From positions 16,014,871 to 16,078,870 of the forward strand of contig NC_092676.1 in assembly GCF_964355755.1 (NCBI RefSeq): DNA of 64,000 bases, read 5' to 3'. Under the pieces are notes generated by a model. It ran no database searches and was not told the DNA's origin. It saw only the letters and a list, made by a program, of their open reading frames with translations. Every line of letters starts with the position of its first letter. Positions within the stretch are counted from its first letter, which is position 1. A program made the position numbers and the translations under genes. Positions 28,101-43,100 of this stretch are shown in pieces. The DNA comes from Antedon mediterranea. Lineage: Eukaryota > Animalia > Echinodermata.

Positions 28101-31100
28101 ATTAGCTGCAATATACGTAGCTATAACATGTCTATACATAGCATCAGACACGGACTAATGCCTAGATGCCTATAAATAGGCAAGATATTAGCTGCAATGT
28201 ACGTAGCTATAACATGTCTATACATAGTATCAGACACGGACTAATGCCTAGATGTCTATAAATAACCAAGATATTAGCTGCAATATACGTAGCTATAACA
28301 TGTCTATACATAGCATCAGACACGGACTAATGCTTAGATGTCTATAAATAACCAAGGTATCAGCTGCAATGTACGTAGCTAGATGTCTATAAATAGCAAA
28401 GCCACTAGTAGCTGCAACCACATTTTGTAAGCTGTTTTCATAAATATTTCTCTGTTTTTTACACATAGCTCTAATTATTCATATAATGAAATCACTTACC
28501 ATAAGTAAAGCAAAGTTTGTGAAATGGTTGCATTGACACGTTGTACTTGTATCATTTGTTGAATCAACCCAGCACCCATTAGTTGACCAACCTCCGATTC
28601 CTCCTGAAATTTTGGATTGTAAAAGAAAATTGTTAAAATGAGCAACTGATTGCCATCTACAAAACTACCCCAATGCAAAAACCTTTACAAAATTGCTATT
28701 TTATAACATTACCGTTAGCAGTAAAATTCCAGAATACACATTTTGGATTTCCAACATTCTGAAATAACGAAAAATAATAATTCAAGTTAAACAAAAAACG
28801 AAACTGTATAATTCAAAGAAACGTTATTATTAGAATAAAAAACATTCTTGTCACTATTTTATGCAAGTGTACATTGTGCTTTACGAATGAAATAAAAACA
28901 TGCACACAGTATCTTCACCTAATATATCTATGGCATAAACACAGATTAAAAACTTACGTCTGTTTGTCTGTGAATAAGAGTTATAGAAATTGGCTCCGAC
29001 AGATCCGTTATCTTCAAGTCCCCAATTGTAGCCGATATAATAAAACTGTTCAGTACGTTTGTTTGAATTGGTTCTTCAAAGGTTTCGTTTAAAAATTCAT
29101 CTGTTGTCGAATTGGTGATGTAAACTGGTTGATCTGTGAGATTCATGTTTGTATCCACAACTTCACCGATTACCTAAAACGAATAAGTACATCTGAATAA
29201 GAGATAGTATAATGACTAGAAGAGGAATAACTGGTAATAAAATAAAACCTAATTAGAAAAAAGAAAAACCAGCACTTCTGATTGACAATATTATTATATA
29301 AAACTACAAGTTACAATATTAAAAACATGACTATAAATGAATACTTTTTCAATACATAATAATTATTTTGTTATAAATAATTTTAACTTCGATTCAATTT
29401 TTTGTTAAAGATGAAAACGTTCTCATTTACATAAAAGAACTTTGACAGCACTTACATCAAAGTAAACTGTGTCTGAAAAGATAACAAACTGGCATCTTGG
29501 TATCGGTCCGATTTGCTCGAATATAGACCTCGGCATAGTAACAGATGTAATATCACTCGCAATATCATCAATAGTAATATTGACAAATATATTTGCCTTT
29601 TATGAGAAAAAACATAGTGAGTATTATTACAACGAAAAGCAGCTGCTTATTACTATTTTGTCAACATATTTTTAACTGACGTCATATTTAAATGAATCAG
29701 TTTTAAACTTGTTTGTTTCACTTGCTCCATTTTATCCCAAGTAAAAAAATATATAGAAGCCTAATTTAACTCCAGTGGCCTTAGACAATGGCTTGTAATT
29801 TAGTATCGATACATACTTATAGTGCTAGCATACCTGTGAATCTGGTCCTCCAACAAAGACAACGTTTTCATCGAGTGTGCCATCAACATCAAGAACGGCA
29901 ACATCAAAAGTCTTCGTAGAAACACCTAGGGTTGTATCATTTAAGATGACATCACGTGCAAACACATCGATGTTGTGTAATATTCTGTAAATATACATTT
30001 ATTTAAAGTATACTTTTTCAGGCAATGTTTCGTTTATTTACAGATATCAGTATTGAGTGTCATATCACTAATAATATTTATTACACAATAGTTCATGCAG
30101 AATATCTTTCTTAGATCATTTATCTAAGGCTGCTGAACTAATATTCCAGAATATTTTTCTCCGGAATAATGTGAAAATAACTGAATTGAGGAATGTATTG
30201 AGCAAAATATCAGTATTTGTGACAACCTTTCACCTGGGTCGTCGTCGTTTTACGAAAGATCGCCAATCATTTGGGAACGCAATGGAGAATAATATGCTAA
30301 TATAAACGTCGCACACTCGAAAGCGGAGCAGACTACAGCCTCTCGTGGTAGAAAGATCTCAAGCATTTAACAACAGGATACACGGCGGTTTGTACTATTC
30401 ATTATCATCATCACTTTGCCATTCAGTAGAACGAATACTGAACGACACGTGATACTTAATTAACCAATAAAATGGCAAAGATGGTGTGTTATAAACTTTG
30501 ATGACGTACGAATTGCTGCTTTTCTTTGTGCAGCTTTTAGGCATACCTGGTACTGGATTGTGATTCTTCCTCGCCGTCATGCAGTACTTGCTGGTCTACA
30601 TCTTCTGCCATTTGACTTGCACTTTCCATCACGTTCCCCATAACCGGTCTGCTAGAATTTTCATAAACAGCAATATTGTTTGCCAAGTTTTCCATTACCG
30701 TAACGACAATCTCGACGTCATCGGCCGTGAAGTCACCAGCAGAGGACGTCATATCCATCAGCATAGTAGAAAGTGGCAATGCACTTTCTGAAAAAAAAGT
30801 ATAATAATTACCGATACACCACTGATGTAAAGTTGTTTGAAAACAATTTTTTAGGAAAAAAAAACTTTACTGTTGGCGCAATATATTGCGCCGACAGCAT
30901 AGCATATTATGGCATAGCATATTATGCTATGCCACACCCATCGATTAACTTTGATCACCTTTGAACATATTGGTAGCTGCTCCAATATTTCTGTGTCGAT
31001 ACAAATTATCTGGTGTTATGAAAGTTAGGCGCGGGATCCATCATCCGATTGTATGTATTTCTGATAGATGGAGAATATATGCTAATATAAACGTCGTCGC

Positions 31101-34100
31101 ACACTCAGAAGCGGAGCAGACAACAGCCTCTAGTGGTGAAAAATCTCAAACATTCAACAACAAGATACACGACGTTTTGTACTATTCATTATCACCATCA
31201 CTTATAAAAATATTCATAATATGCATATTATTTTGTGCAAGTTTGACTTACCTGCAGTGACCTCTGTGGACACCAAAGCCTGCAAATCTCGTGTCAAGAC
31301 GCTTTCGTAAGCACAATTTGTGGTGTTCATCTCACTCCATTCTACCGCACCAGATTCCGATATGATCAAGCTGTACAGTACATATATTAATGATTTCAAT
31401 TTTCTTTGCAAACTTAAAGATGTATTGTCCCTTTGACTAATTCTCCCCCCCCCCCATTTTTTTTTTATTTTGAAAAAAAGTGGGTAATTTTGAAGTATCA
31501 TAATAGTTATTAACTTTCACCAAAAATTAGTCGAAAAAAAAAATAATTTAACCGAAATACAGATGTTTTTTTGTTCAAAAAATAACTTTGACTTCCAGTC
31601 AAAGTTTACAATTTAAACATATCTCATAATGCAACGCGCTTGTTTGGCTACTCTGTATGCATAATCATAAATAACTTCCTCGCGATCTGTGTGAAACACC
31701 TTCTCAACCGCGACGAGTTGTAAACAATCCTAATTAGCATCATGCATAATGCATACTCACGGTTTAAAATCTTTGTTTACTTTCGCTTGCGACGATTTCC
31801 CAGACGAAATGTAATCTAATTAATTTACCTGTTAATTACGTAAACTTGTTGTTTTTGGCTCGAATTTTTGATTTTAATATTACTTTGATATGGCTAATTA
31901 AAATTTAGAATATTTTTTTTTTCATTTTTTGTGTTTCAAGGGACAATACATCTTTAACTTAGTAAAATGTTTTGCCAACACTTTACCCCTTACTGACGTA
32001 CTCGTTGTTGGGACCCATGACCTCCATATTTGATTTCCAAACTAGGTTTACCTGTAATTTGTTTTATCAACTTCTAGAAAGTACTGAGAATTTGGTACGA
32101 TTTAAATTTAGAAAACATCTCTGATTTATTTTGAAAGAATGAAATATAGAAATAGATATATTGGTGACAAAAAAAAAGGAGAAAGTATGCAACATTTTCG
32201 ATGTTATAAATGAAAGATTGAAAAGCAGAGGAAGAAAAACTAAAAGAATGTAAACGATAACGAAATACTATCTTCTGTAGATGTTTTCAGCTAATGGTGA
32301 CATGGACACAATATAAGACGAGAAGTAATAAAATAATTCTGAAAGAATTATATTTTAGGTTAATTGATAGATATGTATATTTAAACATTTGTATTGGTAG
32401 TACGTCATAGTTGTATTTACCATTTTCTTGTTGAAAAGTTGCCTGAGTTGTACGGACATTCGACTTTTGCTATGGTTTCGCCTTCAGTTTGTAGCCAAAC
32501 AAATGTGCCCTTGAGATCTGTCAACGTTTCACCTGGACATGTCTGCACTGTCTCTTGTCCAGATGTTTCATTAAAAAAATGAGTTGTTGAATTCTGAAGT
32601 GATGTGGTCATTAGAGTTGTTGAGGCAGTCGTATTATTCATTGATAGTGTGGTTGAAGAAGAATTAGTAAGAGTAGTTGACAATGATGGTTCTGTAGGTT
32701 CTGCCCCAGGCTGAGTAGAAAGTGGTTGTGAGGTAACATTACTTTCTTCTTCATCACTATCATCATCGTCATCATTATTTTCCCCACCATTACCACCACC
32801 ACCATTACCACCACTATTACCAGGACCAACAACATCACCTTCGCTGATGTCATCATCAAAATCGTCAGTGCAATTTAATCCAATTACATCTTCGAGTGTA
32901 TGGTTGCAGGCGACATAAAGGAATGTACAGTTGACAGCAGTATCGTTGTTACCGGGAAGTTCACATGGTGACGCTGTGGTCGTCATAATAGGCGGTAAAG
33001 TTGTTAGCTCATTTACTAATAATATAAAAGAATTATAACATATATAAGTGTATGCTTTCTATATGATTAGTTATACTGAACGGAAAATGATATAATGGTG
33101 ATAATGAACGGGTAGGCCTACTAATGAACGTTCAGGTTTTGTAAACATTTTTGAGAATTCAAAAAACAAAATATATAATGAATGTTTGTATTCGTTGAAT
33201 TAAAATGAAGAAGATATTTTATTCGTTGAAAGATTGACTGCTCTATTTAACAAGGCTCGGCATCGTTAAATAAAGCAGTCAACATTTGAAATATTCTCTT
33301 CATTTAACGGTACGGATAAATGATTATTTGTATAATAATTTAAAAAGATTAAACAGTTAAATTAATAGTTAAACACAAATAAATAAAAATATCTCCGAGT
33401 ACCAATCCTGGGCGGGTCTCTAACGAAAATAATATAGAATATTTATATTTAACAGCTCTATTTTATTGCATCAATATTTTAGATATTAATTTTTGAAATA
33501 ATATCACAGTAAAGTTATATGATATTCATTCGCTTTTTATTTAATTTAAATAATTAGGCCTTCAGTAGGATAATTGTAAAAGATAAATATTAGTAGAGAT
33601 TCCACAAGCTGTTGCAGACCACTGGCGTAAAGTTGCATTTTGTTGAATTCCAATAACTACCGGTAATTAACTGGAAACATTAAAACGAAAAAGGTGACGT
33701 AGTAATGCGTCATTAAAAACTGTAACAGACTGAATAGTCATCATGTGTGATGGGCTGGTGGCCGTTTAATTGCTTTATTTGTTTAGTTGCTTATTGTTTT
33801 TCTCTCATTAACCCTGAGGAAAGATTGTTTAGTTTCTTTCTGGTCGTTTTTACTTTTTCACTTTGATTTTTTGCTTTTTTTTTTAATCCAGCCACTGATA
33901 CCTATTTTCTCTAGTAATTTGGATTTATATTAGGCCTAATGTTAACAGTGAACATGTTACATTTCTCATAGACTTCCAAACTCCAAAACTTCCAAAAGCC
34001 TTTATTTTTTTGTATTTTTTTTTGTGTTTTGTATTAATATTTGTCCTCAGTGAGGAAATTCGGATTAGGCCCTCCACGGACCCACGGCAGCCAGCAGTGC

Positions 34101-37100
34101 AGCGCCTACCAGATTAGGCAATGAGAGTTAAAGCATCTTGCCTAAGGATGCAATTAGTATGGTACAGATAACCTCGAACCCATGCCTATCACATGCTAGT
34201 CCGATATTACCATTACACCATCACTCTCCAGTATATACAGCACCCGCCACGATTTCTAGACGGTCTCCCATCCAGAACGCAACCGGGCCCAACGTTGCTT
34301 AACTTCGGTGATCTGACGAGAACCGGTGTTTCAACGCAGTATGGTTTGTAGTAGTTTGACCCACTTATCATTCTTATTCAAGTTTATAATATCTTTGTAT
34401 TTGGACATGTACAGTAGATACAAGCTGCCCGATACCTACCTCCATATGCCTTCTCCAAATCATTACACACGCTTCCTTGGCAGCAGTAACGGCATACAGA
34501 CGTTACGCCCGGGCTGTCCGAACAACTATTATAGTTTTCGTAAGTTTCGAACACGCATGAGCTGAGTTCTTGGCAACCTTTTGTTATAGTGTATACACCG
34601 TTGACGACAGAAATTTTATTCTTACACGCCGTCTGGAAAAAGGTGAGAAGAAAAGTGTCATAATGTCATCAATCATGATATGATATTTTAATTGAAGTGT
34701 GTTTTTTTTTAACGAACTTGTTCTCCTCTTTTTGCCAAGAATTTGTATTTCAATCAATTCAATTCATCGACATTTTTATTCCATAATCAAAATAAAAACA
34801 TATACAAATACAATACAGATAATAAGATAATGGAATGGGATACAAAATAAGCACAAGTGCTTTAAGCATGTAACCCTAACAAAAAAGATCAAACAATTAG
34901 TACAAACAAAAAGAACAAACCAAAATAACATAATGTGATTTACTTAAGTATTTCTATTGTTATAATATTGCTTTAATCTCTGTTTAAACAAACTTAAAGT
35001 GGGGGATTGTTTTATATAGTCTGTTAAATTATTCCAAATATGTGTTCCTGGTAGGAAATACATTGCTTTCCGACTTTGGTGCGTTTTAGTTGTGGACAGT
35101 AGTTTGACCTGTTTCTAGTTGAGTAATTATGGAATGAGGCAGATGTACTAAATAAGTTATTAAATGATTCAGGTAATAGATTATGTTTATATTGATACAT
35201 AAATATAGCAGTGTGTTTCATATAAAGGTCAACAATATTTAATGTTTGGGTCGAAATAAAAAGTGGATGAGAAGGATGCATAAAATAAACATGACAAATA
35301 TTTCTAAGTGCTTTTTTCTGGAGAATATGTATACGGTTTAAATTTGTAGCAGAAGTAGCACCCCATACTGTGATAGCATACGTTATTCTAGGTAATATAA
35401 GTGCATTGTATACCGTTAACAAGATTTTACTTGATAACATAGACTTCACTTTGTTTAAGACACCAATTATTCTAGAAATACTGTTTGCTACCTCATTTTT
35501 ACATGAAAATTAAACGATAAAGTTTCATCCAGAAATAAGCCTAGAAATTTAACTTCAGTAGCTTTTACAATACATTCATTTCCCATCCTCAATTCTTCTG
35601 AGGTAGTGTCAGCTGAATTATTTCTAGCCTTAAATATAACATATTTTGATTTGTTTACATTTAGCGTTAATTTGTTAGCAATAAACCAATCCGAAAGTAT
35701 AGATAACTCCTGGTTCATTGTATCAAAAGCTTGACTAATATCATTGTGACTGTACTATAAAACACATTTGTGTCATCTGCATACATAATCATGTCTACAT
35801 GGTAACATGCTAGACTAATATCATTAATGAATATAAGAAATAATAATGGACCCAATATGGATCCCTGAGGAACTCCAGTGTTTACTGTCATTTTACTAGA
35901 TGCAGTATTAACAATAAATGTGTATTGTAGTCTTTTTTTAAGATAGTTTGAGAACCAGTTTAGCGGAACTCCTCTTACACCATAAAATCTTAACTTATCT
36001 AATAATATATCATGATCGATTGTATCAAACGCTTTTGATAAATCAAGGAAAACTCCTAGTGTGAAATCTTTATTCGCAATAGCGTTTGTGATTTTTTCAA
36101 TCGATTGTATTAAAGCATGACTAGTTGAATGGTGTTGTCTAAATCCATACTGTGTCTTACTCAGTACGTTATATTTTGAGAGGTAACAAATCGTTTGATC
36201 ATACACAATCGTCTCAAATATTTTGGAAAAAAGGGTAAATGGAAATAGGCCGATAATCATTTATATCTGAGATGTCACCATTCTTAAATACCGGGATAAC
36301 TTTAGCAATTTTTATATCAGCCGGGACACAGCCCGATGATAATGACGTATTAATAATATGCAATAAAGGTTTTAAAATAAACGGGGAAGCAGATTTTATG
36401 AGTTGGGCACTTATACCATCATGGCCAGGAGAAGTATTCTTTGTTTTTTAAATATAGTGGTTAAGTTCATGTTCAGTAACAGGTTTAAAAAAAAATCGAA
36501 GAGGTAAAATTTCCCTTTAAGAAAGTTCTGTGGGTGATTTGATCATTTTGACATTCATGCCTAAATTTATTATTTAGTTTTTCTCCAATATTAATAAAAA
36601 AAAGAGTTGAATGCATCAGCTTTCTCATCCTTATCAGAGAAAGTCTCAGTACCCAATTTTATTTTTGTAGGCAAATTGGTTGTCTTTTTCCTACCCATTA
36701 TATCATTTAGGATTGTCCACGTTTTTTTTAATATCTTGTTTATTTTGTTCAAACTGGACCATATAATATTCTTTTTTCCGATTTCTAATAGTAGTGGTTA
36801 ACTTGTTTCTAAAATGTATGTACGTGATTTTATTAGTAGTGGTGTTATTTTGTTTGTACTTTTTATATAATTTATGTTTTTGAGAGATAGCGCTGGCAAT
36901 TTCAGCTGTGATCCAAGGAGATTTCAACTTGGTCGCCTTATTTCTAATTCGTTTTAAAGGGAAACAATTATCAATTGCTTTATTTAAAGTGTTTGTAACA
37001 TTTTGATAAGCAACATTCGCATTATTTGAGGATAGCACATCATTCCACTGATTGCTTTGTAATTCTTGGAAAAAATACTCCGTTTGTTGAGGAGAGTATT

Positions 37101-40100
37101 TTCGTTATATACAAATCGAGGATATTGCTTATTATGTTTTTCCAAAGTATCTACACAGAATATTGGGAAGTGATCAGAAATATCAGTAATTAGTATTCCA
37201 CTTTTAAGGGACGTAGTAAAAGAATCGATGTTTCAATAAATGTTATCAATTATTGAAGCACAATTATCGGATATTCTAGTAGGACTTTTTATGATTGGCT
37301 GAAATGACAAATATTGTGTCTAAGTGTGATTGGATAGTGTTGTCGGTAGATTGTTGGAGTAAGTTTATGTTATAGTCTCCCACAAGGTAAGCTTTCCTTT
37401 TTTCTAGATTAATCATTTGCATTACACATGTTAATTCATCATCAAACTGTTGCAAGGAACGTGAGGGTGGTCTATAAACTATACCACAAATAACATTATT
37501 TCCTGATTCTAACTCAATCTCAATAAAAATAGTCTCTGCTTCAGTCATACAAGATGACAGATCATTTCTAATAATATATGTTAGTTTGTTGGTAACATAG
37601 AACGCTACCCCACCACCTCTCTTATCCTTCCTATCATTGTGAATCAAACTGTATCCTGGTAACTGGTATAGATTAATATTATCTTTTTCGGTTAACCAGG
37701 TTTCACTGAAGGCAATGACGGAGAATAGTTTGAGATTAAGTCAAATTATTATTAACAACACTACGACAGTTTAGTCCAAATATAGAAAAGTTTGATGATA
37801 AATTAGAATGTTCAGTGAAGTTACAATATTCTATGCTCACATTTACATTATCAAAAAGGTCACATTTAAACATTTAAATTAGACAGAAAAGGAAATGACA
37901 AATAAATACAACCGAGCAAGCTGCTTACAGCAGATAATGGTTTCTGAACCGAATACGGTGATTTTAGGACAATTGAGTTAACACTATATAGCCCAAGTTA
38001 ACAAGTATGTACAATAAATTACAATATATACAATGTAATATGAATTGTTTTATCATGACATACCAACAACAACTAAACGACAGGCAATAAAACAATAATG
38101 ATGATCATGGACGCCAATTAAGTATTTGGTTAACTTAAACGATTTTGATCAATCTAACTCACCGATGTCCAGAATGTATTATTATGGCAAATTACTGGTG
38201 TGTCAAAGCAGGGAGTGGTCAAAGCATCACCGGTAAACAGCTACGTTGAAACGGTCTCACTTATTAATCACATCAGCCACTTAATGTTGTTATTATTTGT
38301 CATTATACATCACTAGTAAAGTACGGATAGTGTAACTTACATTTAGTTGTGTTGTGTTTCATTAAAATGATGTGTTTAACGTTTACGAGTTTGATCAACC
38401 CAGTAACTCATCGATGAATTACCGGGAAACAACTACGTTGAAACTTACATCATCAACAGCCACTTAATTGTTGTTGGTATTTCTCATTATGTAACACTAT
38501 CGTCGCACACCTGCCGTGGGTCACCTGATTAAAGCATGAATGGACAGAGATATCCAGAACATAACAGCCAGGTGCGCGACATAAACAAACAAACTGCGTT
38601 TATTTACATATAACGGTAGAAATACTACTATCTACAATCACATAATTAGTCTACGTTCTACAAGACTGCGGTAATGTAGGTATGAAATATAATTCATAAA
38701 CATTAATTAATTGTGTTTAATTGAACATTAATTAATTTGGCTTAATGACTTAATTATAGTTATTTTAGTGGCTTGTATGGCTTACCGTCGATAAACAGTT
38801 GTGCATTTCTGAATACGGGCTTACGTTTTTCGGCATATGCCTGCGCCATAATTATAGATAATTCTCTCTTTTTCTTCATGTCCGCATCAGGTAAATCTTC
38901 AGTAATAAATACGTTTTGTGATTTACTTTTTAATTTTACTTTTCCTAGTTTTAGGACTTGGTTTCTTTGTGGACGGTACAGAAATTTAGATATTATATGC
39001 CTCGGTTTTTTATCTAAACGGCGTTTCCCGGTGCGATGGCAATTTTCAATTTCGATGTCCTCGAGAGTCCGAGTTCTTCGCGTAGTACTTTTTGTAATAA
39101 GTCCTGGGTGTTTTCTGTAGCATTTTCTATAACTCCTCCAAACCTTAGATTAAAACTCCTACTGTATCTTTCTTGTTTTAGGATTGAATTTTCCATGTCC
39201 GCCATTTTATCCTGATAAGCCGCCATTTTGTTTTCATACTCCTCCATTTTCTTGATTTTATTTCCAATTAATCAACTTTCTACGCGTTTCTTGTCATTTT
39301 GAGCATGTCAAAAATTCCCATACGCGCGCGGTGCGCACGTAACGTTAAATACATACTTTTTTCGCGTGATTTATGTTTTGGCAGCCTTTTATAATAATTT
39401 TACCAACTTTTAAACAATTTCGACTTAAAATTACGTCATATGAGCACGTCGAATTGAATAATTTGCGCACGTTTTTGATGAAAAAGTTCAAAAATTCGTC
39501 AAAATTATGCCTTTTTCGTCGCGTGGACGCGACTCTATAGTTCACTATGTCGGTCAGTCTGTCTGTCGGTCTGTCTGTCGGTCCGGTATCACTATGCATT
39601 GTAGCACGCGACTTAATGGCTGTTGGCCTTGTTTTTATTTCATCCTTCGTTTTGTTAGTTGAATCATGCGCATATTCCACACTTTTTTCTAGATCTTTGA
39701 CAGTTGTTTCCAGTTTGGTAAGACTTTTGTTGTAGTTTTTTTTTTATTTTCTAGGACTTTATCTAGTTTACCATTAAGTTGTTCTGATAGCCTACCTAGT
39801 TGATCGGCAAGCGTTTGAGTTTCCCCCTCTCGATCGCCGGAGGCTTCGATTGGATCATCTGCTTCTGGACTTTTGGAGGGTCTAGCTTTTCTTGTTAAGT
39901 CAATTGATTTAGTATTTGCCCTAGTAGGCCTATTATTCGCCATCATGGAGTCTTCTTTTAGTTAGGGTATACAACTTTTAAAAAAATAGTAGAGTTTGTT
40001 GGCTATATATTACCTTTAGTCTGAATTTAAGATCTTTTTCCTCTGCGTGTAAAAGTTAGGTGTTGTCTCTACTCGCGCATACCATTTGATGAACCAATGA

Positions 40101-43100
40101 AACATATTTGAATCTATTCTTCCCATTGATAATAAATAATTACAAAATACTGGAAATAAATTAAATACCTAAAGTCTAATAAGAACAAAGTAAACATTGT
40201 GTAGGCCTTGGCTTAGAATTATGTGTTTAATATAGCTATCGAACTAGACTGTAATATGCCTAATTGATGTGATGAGAGTATCATGCAAGGGTTTTTCTGT
40301 AATTTAGGCCTAAACAGTGTATATAAATTGAAGTTTAGAATCAAGAAAGTACGGTATATGAGCCATTAGTAAAGTTAACAATGATGGGAAACATTGTGGA
40401 ACATGCCAATTAAGTCCAATATTCATACATTTAGGCCTAATCAAACGTTTTCAAATATACATGTAACTATGCAAAGTATGGAAATGGGAGATATTGTAAA
40501 GAATTCTCTAATAATTTATAATTATTACATATAGTATAGGCGTACAGCAGTATTATACCGAACAGTAGTAAGTAGTAGTAAGTTTTGGCAAGGTTTAGGA
40601 TGAGTATTTTCATACATGCAGATGACACACCGTGGTTTCATATACATAATTGAAACACTATATGCACGCTACAAAACCAGAAAACATACAATCATGCTGC
40701 TACATATGTAATAGTTATGTACCTGATACAACGGCGTATACGATGCGTGTAGAAGAATCAACGAGGAATATTCCCGTCAGACAGACCTCATATCAGAAAT
40801 GGTAAAGTAATTATAAAGCGAATTGTATTCCATAGGCCTATATTAGGTCGTTACCCGCGAGGAATGTTATAAATGCGATATCTCAAGGAAAAAAAATGTG
40901 GGAGCTAGAATATGAAGTAAAGTATGATGTGGATATGTGGAGGAATGGAAACTTTTAAGTAACAACTTTTTATTTTATTTTATTTCCCAACCCAACCAAC
41001 AGCAAAAGAAATTCACCAATAATTATATGTATGAAAAAAGTAGGCATACAGACTATTGGTATAATGAAAAAAGAGTTATACGGAAATTGACCGATTGTCG
41101 ATGTAGTATAATAGGCCTACATTACAATATGCATAACAATAAATAACAGTAAATATAATACATTTTACTAATATATACTATGTGTATAGAATAGAACTGA
41201 TGTTGGAATGGCTTGGATTTATAAAGCCATATGTATAATTAAATTAGTTTACCTCTGAATCAGAACATTCACTAACTCCCTGTCGATTGCATTCTGCATT
41301 CGAACTTGCCCCCGAACACGTGTAGCAAGAAGGATCTGAAAATGTAAGTAATATAAACTATAAACTAGTTTGACAAAAAAGGGTGATGTGCCCAAATATG
41401 GTAGTGATATGACATCATCATATCCATATATGGGCACATCACATTTTATAGTCACATAAACTTTGGTAGTGCACACAGAGCTTAATAGAACTTCTCCAAA
41501 ACACTGGCAAACTCCGAGTTTTCTTACAAAGGTTTGCAAAGGTATACTAGTAGTGTTACTAAAACTTGAACAATAAAAATAACAAATAAAGCATCACTGA
41601 ATTACGTTCACATACCGTACTAAAAGAAAGACATAGATTTAAATTCGAAGTAAATAATACAAATAGAGTAGACAAAACTGTTCTTACTTTGTAAACAGAA
41701 CTCAGCGACGCTTATGTCCAAAGTTGCAGTTTGAGGCGGCGAGGAACATTTAGCGTTGGCGACAGTAGGGAGGTCTGCAGGAAACTTATTTAACAGCCAA
41801 TTACGCATCCACAGCATATCACAATTACATACAAATAAGTTGCTTGCAAGATCCCTGCGAAACAAAAAAGAATAAGCCCTAATTGATTAATAACGTAATT
41901 TATAGTAAACATAAAATACAACTAAATAAGATTACAATGTTTACATGGATGATAAATAACACTTACAGTAACTTTAATTGAGAGAAGACGTTGAACAGAC
42001 TTTCATCTAATGTAGTTAGACGATTATTGGTCAAAGATCTGAAAAAGGGTGTGATGGTAATAAAAACGATTACTTTAATTGTAATTAATAGTATTTAACT
42101 AAGCTAAATTAATTTAACAAATTTATTGTAATAATGTGCCAATATCAATCCACAAAAATGTAATACTTACAGAGAGTGTAGGTTTACAAGAGGCTCAAAC
42201 AAGGCACCCGTTAAATAACGTGTTTCAATATTGTTTTCATTCAGGTTTCTGTATTTTAAGATAATTATAATATATTTCGTTATTTGTTTTTGTAACGGTT
42301 GAAAATGATTAAATAAATATCAACTTATTAATGTTGGTTTTTACCGCGTGGGCTTATTGTTGCAAACTTATCACATGTTCCAGTTTATGTATGCATATTT
42401 ATATTACTTATCGAATCTATCAATGTTGGTTTAATATTTAATACTTACTTAATATTCCCTACAATAAAAAAAAAACAAACAAAAACAACAAAATTGTAAT
42501 AAAGGCAATTCTAAGTGAAAATGTGTTGTTGTTCATTACTTCATCTAAAATATCCACGCCTTATCCTCCTGTTTCGAAATCCTTCAAGTTATGCCATTGT
42601 AATATAATTGTTTGTTCCAATCCACCCATAAAAGGTATTTTATGGACAATATAATAATAAGTAACTGCGATACAGAATTTAATTCAATTAAAAATAATTT
42701 TATTTCTGAAAGTAAAAACAATAAAATCTCCTACAATAATACAGTTATAACAACAATAAGTTTTGACAAAAAGTCACCCCACTGTTGATGAATGTGGATG
42801 TTATACTTACATCTGAACCAATTCTTGAAGGTTTGCAAAGGCATCCACTGGAATCTTTTGCAATTCATTATTATTCAGTTTTCTACAGTAAAGAAATTAA
42901 GTAATATATGTACATTTTTTGACACGGTATCATATCATTTCAATATACACAATAAATTAATTTAAAATAACTTTGCACACTAATATCGACTCCTACTTCG
43001 AACACACAAAACACGATAATTGAAAAAGTGTTTGTTCAATCTAGATTCAGAAAAGGTTCAATTACAACAAAATTGAAGCACTTACAAAATTTGAGTATTA

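Noticed and set aside
26755-28395. CRISPR array
   Set aside because: Units are near-identical along their whole length, with no spacers.
34233-34353. Functional 5S rRNA gene
   Set aside because: Diverged termini and internal control region, no T-run terminator, and fused to SINE-like sequence.
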